Part shown: positions 18,396 through 27,666 of the stretch, in pieces
How the letters are laid out: every line of letters starts with the position of its first letter
How positions within the stretch are numbered: the stretch's first letter is position 1
NCBI GenBank assembly: GCA_964637885.1
Contig: CAZWXO010000001.1
Span: 112,731-176,730, forward strand
Direction of reading: 5' to 3'
Source of the DNA: an uncultured bacterium
GTDB taxonomy: Bacteria > Bacillota > CAZWXO01
DNA length: 64,000 bases
Program-made: the position numbers and the translations under genes
Notes under the pieces: model-generated
The model's database searches: none
Seen by the model: the letters and a program-made list of their open reading frames with translations, nothing else
What the model was told of the DNA's origin: nothing

Positions 18396-18403
18396 ATGAT
18401 ATC

Positions 18404-18479
18404 TGGTGGGAACAATAGGGCTCGAACCTATGACCCCCTGCTTGTAAGGCAGGTGCTCTCCCAGCTGAGCTATGCTCCC
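18404..18479 (-). tRNA. tRNA-Val (anticodon TAC)
   Basis: The reverse complement is GGGAGCATAGCTCAGCTGGGAGAGCACCTGCCTTACAAGCAGGGGGTCATAGGTTCGAGCCCTATTGTTCCCACCA. Confidence 0.85.
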
Positions 18480-18486
18480 AAATTTT

Positions 18487-18561
18487 TGGTGACCCCACCG
18501 GGATTCGAACCCGGGTTACCGCCGTGAAAGGGCGATGTCTTAACCGCTTGACCATGGGGCC
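18487..18561 (-). tRNA. tRNA-Glu (anticodon TTC)
   Basis: The reverse complement is GGCCCCATGGTCAAGCGGTTAAGACATCGCCCTTTCACGGCGGTAACCCGGGTTCGAATCCCGGTGGGGTCACCA. Confidence 0.85.
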
Positions 18562-18565
18562 ACGT

Positions 18566-18640
18566 TGGTGGGCCCACTAGGGATCGAACCTAGGACCGAC
18601 CGGTTATGAGCCGGTTGCTCTACCGCTGAGCTATAGGCCC
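18566..18640 (-). tRNA. tRNA with anticodon CAT (Met, or Ile2 if lysidinylated; resembles Bacillus tRNA-Ile2)
   Basis: The reverse complement is GGGCCTATAGCTCAGCGGTAGAGCAACCGGCTCATAACCGGTCGGTCCTAGGTTCGATCCCTAGTGGGCCCACCA. Confidence 0.75.
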
Positions 18641-18648
18641 AAATTAAA

Positions 18649-18723
18649 TGGCTCCCCGAGTAGGATTCGAACCTACGACCCTCCGGTTAACAGCCGGATG
18701 CTCTACCGCTGAGCTATCGAGGA
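18649..18723 (-). tRNA. tRNA-Asn (anticodon GTT)
   Basis: The reverse complement is TCCTCGATAGCTCAGCGGTAGAGCATCCGGCTGTTAACCGGAGGGTCGTAGGTTCGAATCCTACTCGGGGAGCCA. The antisense ORF 18358..18555 is spurious. Confidence 0.85.
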
Positions 18724-18738
18724 ACAGCATCGAAAGCT

Positions 18739-18767
18739 ATAATATAATGAAAAGAAGGATATGTCAA
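18739..18767 (-). promoter_or_regulatory. Candidate sigma-A promoter for the tRNA Asn-Met-Glu-Val cluster
   Basis: On the minus strand it reads TTGACA, then 17 nt, then TATTAT, about 15 nt upstream of tRNA-Asn. It lies in the 50-nt gap after the sigA stop. Confidence 0.4.
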
Positions 18768-18771
18768 GACT

Positions 18772-19860
18772 TTATTCTAGATAATCCTTAAGTTTCTTGC
18801 TTCGGCTGGGATGCCGCAGCTTACGGAGAGCCTTAGCCTCGATTTGCCGAATCCTCTCTCTCGTCACGCCAAACTCTTGTCCTACCTCCTCAAGGGTTCT
18901 AGCTCGACCGTCGTCTAGGCCAAACCTTAAGCTCAAAACTTTTTCTTCCCGGGGAGTTAAAGTTTTTAAAACGTCTTCGAGTTGCTCGCGTAAAAGCATC
19001 TGGGAAGCAGCGTCAGCGGGTGCTAGAGCTTCTCCGTCTTCGATAAAATCACCTAAATGACTATCCTCTTCCTCGCCGATAGGAGTTTCCAGGGAAACAG
19101 GTTCTTGAGAAATCTTCAAAATTTCTCGGACCCTTTCTACAGAAGTTTCCATTTCCTTAGCGATTTCTTCAGGCAAGGCGTCTCTGCCTAGTTCCTGTAA
19201 TAAATTCCTCTGTACTCTGATTAACTTATTAATAGTTTCAACCATGTGTACGGGTATGCGTATCGTGCGAGCCTGGTCGGCAATAGCTCTGGTTATCGCT
19301 TGTCGTATCCACCATGTAGCGTAAGTGCTGAATTTGTAACCTTTTCGGTAATCAAATTTTTCCACGGCTTTAATCAATCCCAAATTACCCTCTTGAATCA
19401 GGTCAAGGAAAAGCATTCCTCTGCCGACATACTTTTTAGCGATGCTAACGACGAGGCGCAAATTAGCTTCGGTGAGTTTGCCTCGAGCTTCCTCATCACC
19501 ATCTTCGATTTTCATCGCCAAATCGACTTCTTGTTGCGCAGTTAACAAGGATACACGCCCGATCTCCTTTAAATACATTCTGACGGGGTCATCAATATTA
19601 ATTCCCTCAGGTAATACCCCTGGCTCGACTTCCACTGAGGCCACTTTAGCGCCTTCGGCATCGTCTTTAGCTAAAACTTCATCGTTAATCTCGATGCCGG
19701 CTTCTGCTAGGAAATCATAAGCACTTTCCATTTGCTCAGAAGACATATCGACCCCATGTAGAGCTTCGATGATTTCGGCATTTGTTAAATAACCTTGTTT
19801 GCGACCCTTGTCGGCGAGTTTATTCACTTCATCAATACTATGTTCTTTTTTGGTAGACAA
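18772..19860 (-). CDS. sigA: RNA polymerase primary sigma factor SigA/RpoD
   Basis: Regions 1.2 through 4 are present, including the invariant [56 protein letters not shown]. Confidence 0.95.
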   Translation of the reverse strand: MSTKKEHSIDEVNKLADKGRKQGYLTNAEIIEALHGVDMSSEQMESAYDFLAEAGIEINDEVLAKDDAEGAKVASVEVEPGVLPEGINIDDPVRMYLKEIGRVSLLTAQQEVDLAMKIEDGDEEARGKLTEANLRLVVSIAKKYVGRGMLFLDLIQEGNLGLIKAVEKFDYRKGYKFSTYATWWIRQAITRAIADQARTIRIPVHMVETINKLIRVQRNLLQELGRDALPEEIAKEMETSVERVREILKISQEPVSLETPIGEEEDSHLGDFIEDGEALAPADAASQMLLREQLEDVLKTLTPREEKVLSLRFGLDDGRARTLEEVGQEFGVTRERIRQIEAKALRKLRHPSRSKKLKDYLE

Positions 19861-19863
19861 AAA

Positions 19864-21651
19864 CTACTCCTCCTTAAAACTGTCATCGGTTGTATTTAGA
19901 TGATATATTCGTTTTTTTTGTAGTGCGGAAATTTCATTAAGGACATCCTGATTAGCTTTATTTTCTTGTAATAATGATTGAAGTTTTTCAATCTTGTTAC
20001 AAGTCGATTCTAGTTCCAACTTACTGATTAAAACCGCATAGGAGTAATGTTCGCCATCGTCGTCCGAAAGTCCTTCAAATTGGATTAATGAAAGGTAATT
20101 TTTTTGAGAATCTTTGCTAAACTCATCTTTGAGTTCATTCAAAGTAAATTTCTTTTTCAAACGATTTAATTCTAGGGCTCTTAGATAAATATCATAAGTA
20201 TCAATCGATGTGAAAAAATCAGGGCTCGCGTCATTATCGGGGTACTCGCCTTCGTTCTTTTGCATCAGGAGTGCTTTAATCAGCTTTTTTTCGACTATTT
20301 TCCATGCATCGTTCTTGCCAGTCTTTAAATCGTGAGCAGTTTGATTCTTGTCGTATTCCATCGGACTTAATTGGTATTTTTTAAAATCACTTCGCACATC
20401 TTGTTCGCGTAATTTCAAAGTTTCAGTAATGCTCGACAAATAGTGATTACGCTCAACGTTGGTTTTAACATCAGATATAGCAGCAAAACAATTATTTAGC
20501 GCCGCGGTCAATTCGGCTGAATTTTCAAGGTTTACTTCCTGCGTTGCACGCTTGATAAGATACTCATACACGTTGCTCGCTTTATTAACAGCATCATGAA
20601 ACCACTCGGGGCCAAATTTTTTGATGACATCGTCAGGATCGAGCCCTTTTGGTAACTCTATAATGTGCACGTTCAGACCATATTCTTGCAATACTTTCAT
20701 ACCCTTTATAGTTGCGGCTTGACCTGCGCTATCACCATCAAAGGCTAAGAAACAACTACTGCAATCATACAACAAAGCTTGAGCGTGTTCTTTGGTAAAC
20801 GAGGTTCCCAAGGAAGCGACGACGTTCAAGATGCCTGCCCGGTACATGCTCAGGGCATCCATATACCCTTCAACGATGATGGCGTAACCTAATTCTCTGA
20901 CACTCTTTTTTGCCCAATTTTGTCCGTACAATAGTTTGCTTTTTTTAAAAATTGCCGTCTCCGGAGAGTTGAGGTACTTTGGTGTGACATCTGGTGATAG
21001 ACCTCTCCCTCCAAATCCGACGACTTGCCCCTGTCTATTATAAATTGGGAAAATTATTCTACCGCGAAAGCGGTCGTAATAGCCATTCCCATTTTGAGCT
21101 TTAATGATAAGCCCTGCGTCTTCAAGGGAATCAACAGGAAGGTTGTTTTTTGAAAAATAACTAAACAGGCCTTCCCATTTCAAGGGGGCAAAGCCGAGGC
21201 GATATTTTTCAATTGCTTCATTACTAATTCCGCGCTTTTCAAGGTACTCGATAGCATTTTTACCCACCTCTTTTTTGATGAGGCAATAATGATAAAAATT
21301 TGCTACGACTTTCAAGCACTCGAAAATATTCGAGTGCTGTAATGCAAAATTAGCACTTCCGGCTGCAAGTTTGACATTCAATCCGGCGCGGTTCGCAAGC
21401 TTCTCCATAGCTTCGGTGAAGTTCAGCCCTTCAATCATCTGCATAAAGCTAATTACATCTCCGCCAGCGTGGCACCCAAAACAATAAAAACTTTGCGTTT
21501 CTTGGTTAACATTAAAAGATGGCGTCTTTTCTTTGTGAAAAAGACAGAGAACAATGTAATATCGTCCAAGTTTATCTAATTTCACATATGAAGAAACGAC
21601 ATTAAAAATATCATTAGCGCTCTTGATTTCTTCTTTGTTTTCGATGAGCAT
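19864..21651 (-). CDS. dnaG: DNA primase DnaG
   Basis: It has an N-terminal zinc ribbon (CLFHKEKTPSF...CFGCHAGGD) and a TOPRIM domain (EGYMD). It ends 3 nt before sigA. Confidence 0.9.
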   Translation of the reverse strand: MLIENKEEIKSANDIFNVVSSYVKLDKLGRYYIVLCLFHKEKTPSFNVNQETQSFYCFGCHAGGDVISFMQMIEGLNFTEAMEKLANRAGLNVKLAAGSANFALQHSNIFECLKVVANFYHYCLIKKEVGKNAIEYLEKRGISNEAIEKYRLGFAPLKWEGLFSYFSKNNLPVDSLEDAGLIIKAQNGNGYYDRFRGRIIFPIYNRQGQVVGFGGRGLSPDVTPKYLNSPETAIFKKSKLLYGQNWAKKSVRELGYAIIVEGYMDALSMYRAGILNVVASLGTSFTKEHAQALLYDCSSCFLAFDGDSAGQAATIKGMKVLQEYGLNVHIIELPKGLDPDDVIKKFGPEWFHDAVNKASNVYEYLIKRATQEVNLENSAELTAALNNCFAAISDVKTNVERNHYLSSITETLKLREQDVRSDFKKYQLSPMEYDKNQTAHDLKTGKNDAWKIVEKKLIKALLMQKNEGEYPDNDASPDFFTSIDTYDIYLRALELNRLKKKFTLNELKDEFSKDSQKNYLSLIQFEGLSDDDGEHYSYAVLISKLELESTCNKIEKLQSLLQENKANQDVLNEISALQKKRIYHLNTTDDSFKEE

Positions 21652-21668
21652 ATCCTAATCACCTGACA

Positions 21669-22715
21669 TCAATTTAATATCTTGGAATATTTACCAATAG
21701 CAAACAATGCCTCGTAAAAATTGCAAAAATGAAATTCTGGGATTGGAAACATATCTAAATACATTTCTATAGCAAAATTATCTGTCATACCAGCAATATA
21801 ATCCGCAATGGCTAAACTTAAATTGCCACGATTCAATTCACGATACCAATTCGGTATCGATTCATGGTTGTCATGCAGGATTAAATAGAGCTTTTCGATG
21901 ATGTGAGCGGCTACTTTTTCTTCGCATTTTACTTCGGGGTTTAAATAAACCCTCTGAAACATAAAATCACGCAATCCATTCAAAGCAGCATCCATGCTCG
22001 GGCTTAATTTTACAGTCGTCGAAGTGTTTTCAATGATGTCCAGGACTAAAGAGTTAATGCGAGCTCGATGAGTACTGCCAATTTTTTGCATGAACTCCAG
22101 GGGCAGATCTTCCACTTTTAAAACATTAGCTCGCAGAGAGTCATCGATGTCGTGATTAACATAAGCAATTCGATCTGAAAGCTTGACAACTTGTCCTTCT
22201 AGCGTCCCAGGTAACACATCACCGTTGTGGTGTAAAATTCCATCACGTACTTCATAGGAAAGGTTAAGCCCATTTTTTTCGATATAATCAACGGTCTTTA
22301 GGCTTTGCTGAGCATGATCAAACCCACCTTTGAGAATATTGTTTAGGGCGCGCTCGCCAGTATGCCCAAAAGGGGTGTGTCCTAAGTCGTGACCAAGGGC
22401 GATTGCTTCACCTAAGTCTTCATTTAGCTTTAAAGCTCGACATACTGTTCGTGCAATTTGAGACACTTCAAGCGTATGAGTTAACCTCGTTCTAATATGG
22501 TCAATGCCTGGAGCGAGAAATACTTGGGTTTTATGCTTCAGCCTTCGAAAAGCTTTTGAATGAATAATGCGGTCCCGATCACGTTGAAAACACGTACGGA
22601 TACTGCACGGTTCTTCGAAGATTGCTCGTCCTTTGCTTTGGGAACTACAACAAGCACTTGGTGCCAGAATTTTTCTTTCTATTTCTTCCCACTGCAACCG
22701 CATCGTTAATTCCAT
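21669..22715 (-). CDS. dgt: dGTP triphosphohydrolase-like HD-domain protein
   Basis: The HD motif (HSKAFRRL...THTLEVSQ...HDLGHTPFGH) matches the dGTPase-like family. Confidence 0.8.
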   Translation of the reverse strand: MELTMRLQWEEIERKILAPSACCSSQSKGRAIFEEPCSIRTCFQRDRDRIIHSKAFRRLKHKTQVFLAPGIDHIRTRLTHTLEVSQIARTVCRALKLNEDLGEAIALGHDLGHTPFGHTGERALNNILKGGFDHAQQSLKTVDYIEKNGLNLSYEVRDGILHHNGDVLPGTLEGQVVKLSDRIAYVNHDIDDSLRANVLKVEDLPLEFMQKIGSTHRARINSLVLDIIENTSTTVKLSPSMDAALNGLRDFMFQRVYLNPEVKCEEKVAAHIIEKLYLILHDNHESIPNWYRELNRGNLSLAIADYIAGMTDNFAIEMYLDMFPIPEFHFCNFYEALFAIGKYSKILN

Positions 22716-22763
22716 AGCTGGCTCCCTTGAAAAAGGTTATAATTAGTAGAGAGGTGAAAAACA

Positions 22764-23297
22764 TTGTTAACGCAAGGCGACTTTGCTCTGGCATGGAGTA
22801 TCTTAGAAGATATAACCCCTCTTAAAGACCAGGATTGCGGGCAGCTTTGTCAAGCAAAGTGCTGCTCTGACTGGAAAAAAGATATTGGTATATACTTGTA
22901 CCCAGGAGAAGAATGTATGGTTTGTCGCAACGACAATACTTTTTCCTGGGAAATACATTCCTCTGAAGATTATGAATTCTGTCCGAGCTGGCAGGGTGAG
23001 TACTATTTTTTAAGGTGTTCCGGTCACTGTAACAGGCTCAATCGTCCACTGCAATGCCGTCTATTCCCCCTCGCACCTTTGCTTATGCCCAGTGGCAAGC
23101 TCGCGATGTTCATGCCGGAAGAATATCTGGAAGTATGCCCACTTATCGAAAAAGGGATAGCTGGATTAAACCCTGAATTTATAAGTAGCTGCCTAGCTGT
23201 TTGGCGCATTCTTCTTAAGGATAGAAATATTTACGACGATGTTTTGTGGCAAAACAGGAATCTTGATATGGCTAGTATAGAAATGCGCTTTTTTTAA
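22764..23297 (+). CDS. Cysteine-cluster protein (CxxxCxxxCC; YkgJ/UPF0153-like putative Zn/Fe-S domain), function unknown
   Basis: The start is TTG with a GAGAGGTG RBS. The protein carries the motif DQDCGQLCQAKCC and more than 8 additional Cys residues (CMVC, CPSW, CSGHC, CRLF). Confidence 0.35.
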   Translation: MLTQGDFALAWSILEDITPLKDQDCGQLCQAKCCSDWKKDIGIYLYPGEECMVCRNDNTFSWEIHSSEDYEFCPSWQGEYYFLRCSGHCNRLNRPLQCRLFPLAPLLMPSGKLAMFMPEEYLEVCPLIEKGIAGLNPEFISSCLAVWRILLKDRNIYDDVLWQNRNLDMASIEMRFF

Positions 23298-23404
23298 GAT
23301 AGCACTTCACTATCTCAGCAGGACAGCCTATGGCATCGCATTGTTTTATCGAGTCTCTTATATGCATCAGTCAATTATACAATATATTTTTATGTAGCGC
23401 TACC

Positions 23405-24037
23405 CTATTCTTCCATGGGTTTTTGGATAAAAACACATTCATCGCGCAAGATACACTTGAAGCATTCTGGGCGCTTTGCGTGACATATTCGGCGACCGTG
23501 CCAGATCAATAAATGATGCATCTTATTCCAATATTTTGGATTGATCGCGATTTCGATTTGTTTTTGGGCTTGCTTAATATTTTTAGTATTTATGAGCCCA
23601 AGGCGATTAGAAACGCGAAATACATGCGTATCGATGGCAATAGCTGGTATCTCAAAGGCAACACTGAGGACAACATTGGCAGTTTTTTCTCCAACACCAG
23701 GAAGGAGAAGAAGTGCTTTTTTTTCTGAAGGGACAAGCCCGCTGTGTTTATCAATTAGAATTTGACAAGTTTTAATTATATTGGATGCCTTGGTCTTAGC
23801 AAGGCCAATGCTCCGTATATCTTCAGCTAGTATATCAGGGTCAGCATTGGCAAAGGCTGTTGCTCCGACGTACTTTTTAAATAAATCCTCAGTGACTATA
23901 TTGACCCTTTTATCTGTGGTTTGGGCTGAAAGAATGACCGCAATCAGGAGTTGAAAATCATTTGAAAAATTTAGCTCTGGCCCAGCGCTTGGGTAAATAC
24001 TAAGTAATTTTTCGTATAGTTTTTCGGAACCGACCAT
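23405..24037 (-). CDS. nth: Endonuclease III (Nth), [4Fe-4S] DNA glycosylase
   Basis: It has an HhH-GPD domain (LLLPGVGEKTANVVL) and the C-terminal cluster motif C-x6-C-x2-C-x5-C (CHAKRPECFKCILRDEC). Confidence 0.9.
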   Translation of the reverse strand: MVGSEKLYEKLLSIYPSAGPELNFSNDFQLLIAVILSAQTTDKRVNIVTEDLFKKYVGATAFANADPDILAEDIRSIGLAKTKASNIIKTCQILIDKHSGLVPSEKKALLLLPGVGEKTANVVLSVAFEIPAIAIDTHVFRVSNRLGLINTKNIKQAQKQIEIAINPKYWNKMHHLLIWHGRRICHAKRPECFKCILRDECVFIQKPMEE

Positions 24038-24039
24038 CG

Positions 24040-26442
24040 CTAAGATTTCCTTTTGCTGATACTCACGGTTAAACGATTTTCATCTTTCCAGCCTGCCAAG
24101 CGCCGTTCAATTCGTCCATAGATGCTGTCCTCCCCCCATTTATGACTCTCATCCTCGGAGGGAGTTGATGCTGGTTTCCCTGTTAATAACTCAATCCCCT
24201 CTTCAATTCTTTCTACGTACCAAATATTGAATGTACCCTTCCGTACGGCAGAAATTATCTCGTCATCTAGAACAAGATCATCGATATTTGCCTTAGGAAT
24301 CATGACCCCTTGACTTGGATTAAAACCCAGCAGTTTGCATAGATTAAAAAACCCTTGAATTTTATAGTTAACGCCTCCGATGGGTTGGACATAACCTTTT
24401 TGATTTACTGATCCTGTTACGGCTATTCCTTGGTTAATCGGCACTAAAGATAGTGATGAAAGCAGGGCATATATTTCAGTACTTGAAGCGCTATCTCCAT
24501 CGATACCATAATAATTTTGCTCGAAACAAATGCTGGCGGAGAAATTAATTTTACTATTAGACGCAAATTTTTCACAAAACCAGCCACTTAAAACATTAAC
24601 GCCTTTTGAATGAATCTTGCCGCTCAATTCAGATTCCCTTTCAATATTAACAACACCGCGCTGACCTGCCCATGTATTAACAGTTATCCGAGCGGGCTGC
24701 CCCATTGTGTAGTCTCCTGCCTGCATCACAGAAAGCCCGTTAATTTGTCCGATTTTGTATCCATTGACCTCCATGAGAATGGTTTGATCCGCGTACATTT
24801 CTCCCACTTTTTCTTCATAACGGTTTAGGCGCTTCTTTTTTTCAAAGATCGCATTCTCGATGTCATGGCGCTCGATGTAATCGCCATGACGTAAAACGCG
24901 AAGCATATTGGCTTCATGTAGAACTTCAACAATATCAGAAAATTTTGTTGTGAGTTTTTTCTGTGACTCAGCTAGCAAAGAGCAATGTTCAACAATCTTA
25001 ACAACAGCATTCTTCTTGCAATGAGCGATATTTTCTTGAATGCAATGCGAAGCGATAAACTTCGCTAATAATTGACAATTTTTTTTGCTATAGTCGATTT
25101 CATCGTCAAAATCGACCTTGATTTTAAATAGTTCTGAAAAATCTTCATCGTAATCGCTCAAAATTTCGAATACATGAGGGCTACCAATAAGAATAATTTT
25201 TATTTTTAAAGGAGCAGCTTCCGGTTTTAGCGACGAAGCGGGGAATACTCCAATCATCTCAGCCGCGTTCTCAATGCAAATACTCTGACTTTTTAGCGCC
25301 CTTTTTAATGCTTCGTAGGCTTGAGGATTAGTTAATAAATCGCGCACTGGTAAAATTAGATAACCCCCATTTGCTTTATGCAAAGCTCCAGCCTTGATTT
25401 TTAGAAAATTCGTAGAAGCAACACCCATATTATTTTCATACTCTAATTTCCCAATGAGATTAGCGAGAGTCGGATTGTCCTCAAAAATTACTGGCGCACC
25501 TTCCTGGATGCTGTTGTCGATAAATAAATTTACTTGATAACGAGTTTCTATCTTTTCTTTAAAGTTTGCAATAGCCGTAAGGTCTTCATCATCACCTTCA
25601 AATTCTCTGAAAGCGATTAAATTGTCTAATATATCAAGGCGCATCTCTTCGATGTATTCGCGTAATTTGGCGTGCTCGGGAAAATTGTTTAGAAATTCCT
25701 CAAACAAAACATCGATTGTGAATAAAGCGGTTTTTTCATCTAAATCTTCAATCTCAAAACGTACTTTTTTTTCTTTTTTGACCAAGTTTTGTAAAGTTTG
25801 ATTAGCCAGCTTGCTGACTACGGTTGCCTTTTTATCGATCTCTTTTTTGGTATCCACGTTTAATAACAGGTATTCATCTTCGTTAATTGTTTTGCCATCA
25901 ATAATTGGAATCGTCGCATACCCGCCATCGACCCATTTGACGGCAAAGCCGTGCTCCGCAGCAAAAATATTCAGTTTTTCTAGTGCGGAATCTCTTTCTT
26001 TTTTAAATCTATCAATTATCGAAACTTTGTTTTTTTCATAATTTTTACTACTAAATGCCTTCGGTATCTCAGCATATAAATCTGTCACCATTTCATCCAT
26101 TTTCTTGGCGAAGAATCGTCCCATTCCTGAAGGGAACATTAATGTAATCGGTTGATCCGGAAGATTGAAACTGTTTACATAGCAAATGTCATCTGGAGCT
26201 TCCTGCAATGCAGCTGTGCTCTTAACAACATCCATTGTGTAACTAAGCTTGCCTGTACCTGACATGCCTGAAACGAAAATATTGTAACCAAAACTTTTAA
26301 TCCCCAAACCAAATTTCATAGCTTTTTGTGCCCTATCCTGCCCAATCATGCCTGTTAATGGTTCAATTTCGGCGGTAGTCTGGAAATCAAAATATTGAGG
26401 TGGACATTTTTTTTTAAGTTGAGATGGTTTCAGTTGTTGCAT
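24040..26442 (-). CDS. Lon-related AAA+ serine protease (LonB/LonC-like, S16 family)
   Basis: The N-terminal AAA+ domain has a Walker A (GMSGTGK). The C-terminal Lon proteolytic domain has the catalytic Ser region GDSASSTEIYALLSSL and a downstream Lys. The protein is 800 aa. Its first 29 nt overlap the 3' end of hom. Confidence 0.7.
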   Translation of the reverse strand: MQQLKPSQLKKKCPPQYFDFQTTAEIEPLTGMIGQDRAQKAMKFGLGIKSFGYNIFVSGMSGTGKLSYTMDVVKSTAALQEAPDDICYVNSFNLPDQPITLMFPSGMGRFFAKKMDEMVTDLYAEIPKAFSSKNYEKNKVSIIDRFKKERDSALEKLNIFAAEHGFAVKWVDGGYATIPIIDGKTINEDEYLLLNVDTKKEIDKKATVVSKLANQTLQNLVKKEKKVRFEIEDLDEKTALFTIDVLFEEFLNNFPEHAKLREYIEEMRLDILDNLIAFREFEGDDEDLTAIANFKEKIETRYQVNLFIDNSIQEGAPVIFEDNPTLANLIGKLEYENNMGVASTNFLKIKAGALHKANGGYLILPVRDLLTNPQAYEALKRALKSQSICIENAAEMIGVFPASSLKPEAAPLKIKIILIGSPHVFEILSDYDEDFSELFKIKVDFDDEIDYSKKNCQLLAKFIASHCIQENIAHCKKNAVVKIVEHCSLLAESQKKLTTKFSDIVEVLHEANMLRVLRHGDYIERHDIENAIFEKKKRLNRYEEKVGEMYADQTILMEVNGYKIGQINGLSVMQAGDYTMGQPARITVNTWAGQRGVVNIERESELSGKIHSKGVNVLSGWFCEKFASNSKINFSASICFEQNYYGIDGDSASSTEIYALLSSLSLVPINQGIAVTGSVNQKGYVQPIGGVNYKIQGFFNLCKLLGFNPSQGVMIPKANIDDLVLDDEIISAVRKGTFNIWYVERIEEGIELLTGKPASTPSEDESHKWGEDSIYGRIERRLAGWKDENRLTVSISKRKS

Positions 26443-27487
26443 CTTTAAACCCCTCCGATACTATAAATTCGATCACTTGAATCATATCTACAAAAACTGC
26501 ATATGCAGTTTGTAATATTTGAGGACTATTTTCAATTAAGATCAAACTCCCCATTAAATCTGTCTCCAAAGCAATGACAGACGAAGAGCCATCGACAGAA
26601 TAAAAAGGATGCTCGACGGAGATTTTTGTAAGTTTGATTTCAGCCACAATTGTGTCTCCTTGCCTTTTGCAGACACTGATTATTTTAAGTTTTTCGTCAT
26701 CTTGGAGTTCAAGGTTAGGTTGACTAATTAAGTCGTGCAAATTAAATCGAGTAATTTTTGTCGGTTCAAGATTTGCATCCATTATCATATTTGCAACAAC
26801 AGCGGTTTTAGCAGCAGCATCCCATCCTTCGATATCTAGGGCAGGATCTGCCTCGGCAAAGCCTGCTTCCTGGGCCTCCGTTAACGCATCAGCGTAGCAA
26901 AAACCTTTAGACATTTTATCAATTATGTAGTTTGTCGTGCTGTTGAAAATGCCTTCAAAGCCTAAAATTTTACAGCCAGGAAGGCATTTAGCAACATAAT
27001 TAAAAATGGGAAAGCCGTCCATCACAGTCCCCTCGTAAAAAAAGCCTAAATTTTTTGCTCTGGCTGCTTGCTTCAGGGTTTGCCCTTGCCAAGCCAAAGG
27101 TCCTTTGTTGACTGAAATAACATGGCTTTTTTTGTCGAACGCTTTTTTTATGTGTGATAAAGCAGGTTCACCAGAAAAAATGTTTAACGTTGTAGCTTCC
27201 ACAACAACATCAAAACTGGCCCGGTCCATACAGTTCAAAGTGTCTCCATCCATATAATCTGGATTCGCTGTGTTAAAACAATTGTTCTCACTTATTTCAG
27301 ACAAGGCACGCTCGACATCAATCCCATTTTTATTGGTAAGATTGCCTTGGTCAAGCGTCGTGGCCATGGTTACAATTGGGTGAAAACCATAGTTTTTTTC
27401 AATCCAAGATGCCTTCTCCATGAGAAGGCGGCAAAAAGCTTGATTAACATGTCCGAATCCTAGTAAAGCTATTCTCAAAATTTGCAT
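26414..27487 (-). CDS. hom: Homoserine dehydrogenase (short form, no obvious ACT domain)
   Basis: It has an N-terminal Rossmann fold (LRIALLGFGHVNQAF) and a homoserine_dh catalytic domain. The start is ATG 27487 with a GAGGT RBS. The ORF-track start at 27499 lies upstream of that RBS. Confidence 0.65.
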   Translation of the reverse strand: MQILRIALLGFGHVNQAFCRLLMEKASWIEKNYGFHPIVTMATTLDQGNLTNKNGIDVERALSEISENNCFNTANPDYMDGDTLNCMDRASFDVVVEATTLNIFSGEPALSHIKKAFDKKSHVISVNKGPLAWQGQTLKQAARAKNLGFFYEGTVMDGFPIFNYVAKCLPGCKILGFEGIFNSTTNYIIDKMSKGFCYADALTEAQEAGFAEADPALDIEGWDAAAKTAVVANMIMDANLEPTKITRFNLHDLISQPNLELQDDEKLKIISVCKRQGDTIVAEIKLTKISVEHPFYSVDGSSSVIALETDLMGSLILIENSPQILQTAYAVFVDMIQVIEFIVSEGFKDATTETIST

Positions 27488-27666
27488 ATTATACCTCACT
27501 TAGTGCTAACTAATCGCGAGCTTAAAACGCATTAGGCGCTGACAACCACTTTCTAAACAATGGCTATCAGCGCGGTGAATCATGCGCGAAGAGCTTCTCC
27601 GGCAACTAGTTGATTTGAAAAGTTGCTAAGAGTAACAATTCTACAGAAAAATATAAAAATCCTTTA

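Noticed and set aside
24040-26442. Lon-like protease as BrxL of a BREX defense system
   Set aside because: No brxA/B/C, pglX or pglZ genes are adjacent. Its neighbours are housekeeping genes (nth, hom).
27488-27520. CIRCE-like half site TTAGTGCTAA upstream of hom / downstream of clpB
   Set aside because: There is only one half-site-like 9-mer. No inverted partner (TTAGCACTC-N9-GAGTGCTAA) is present.
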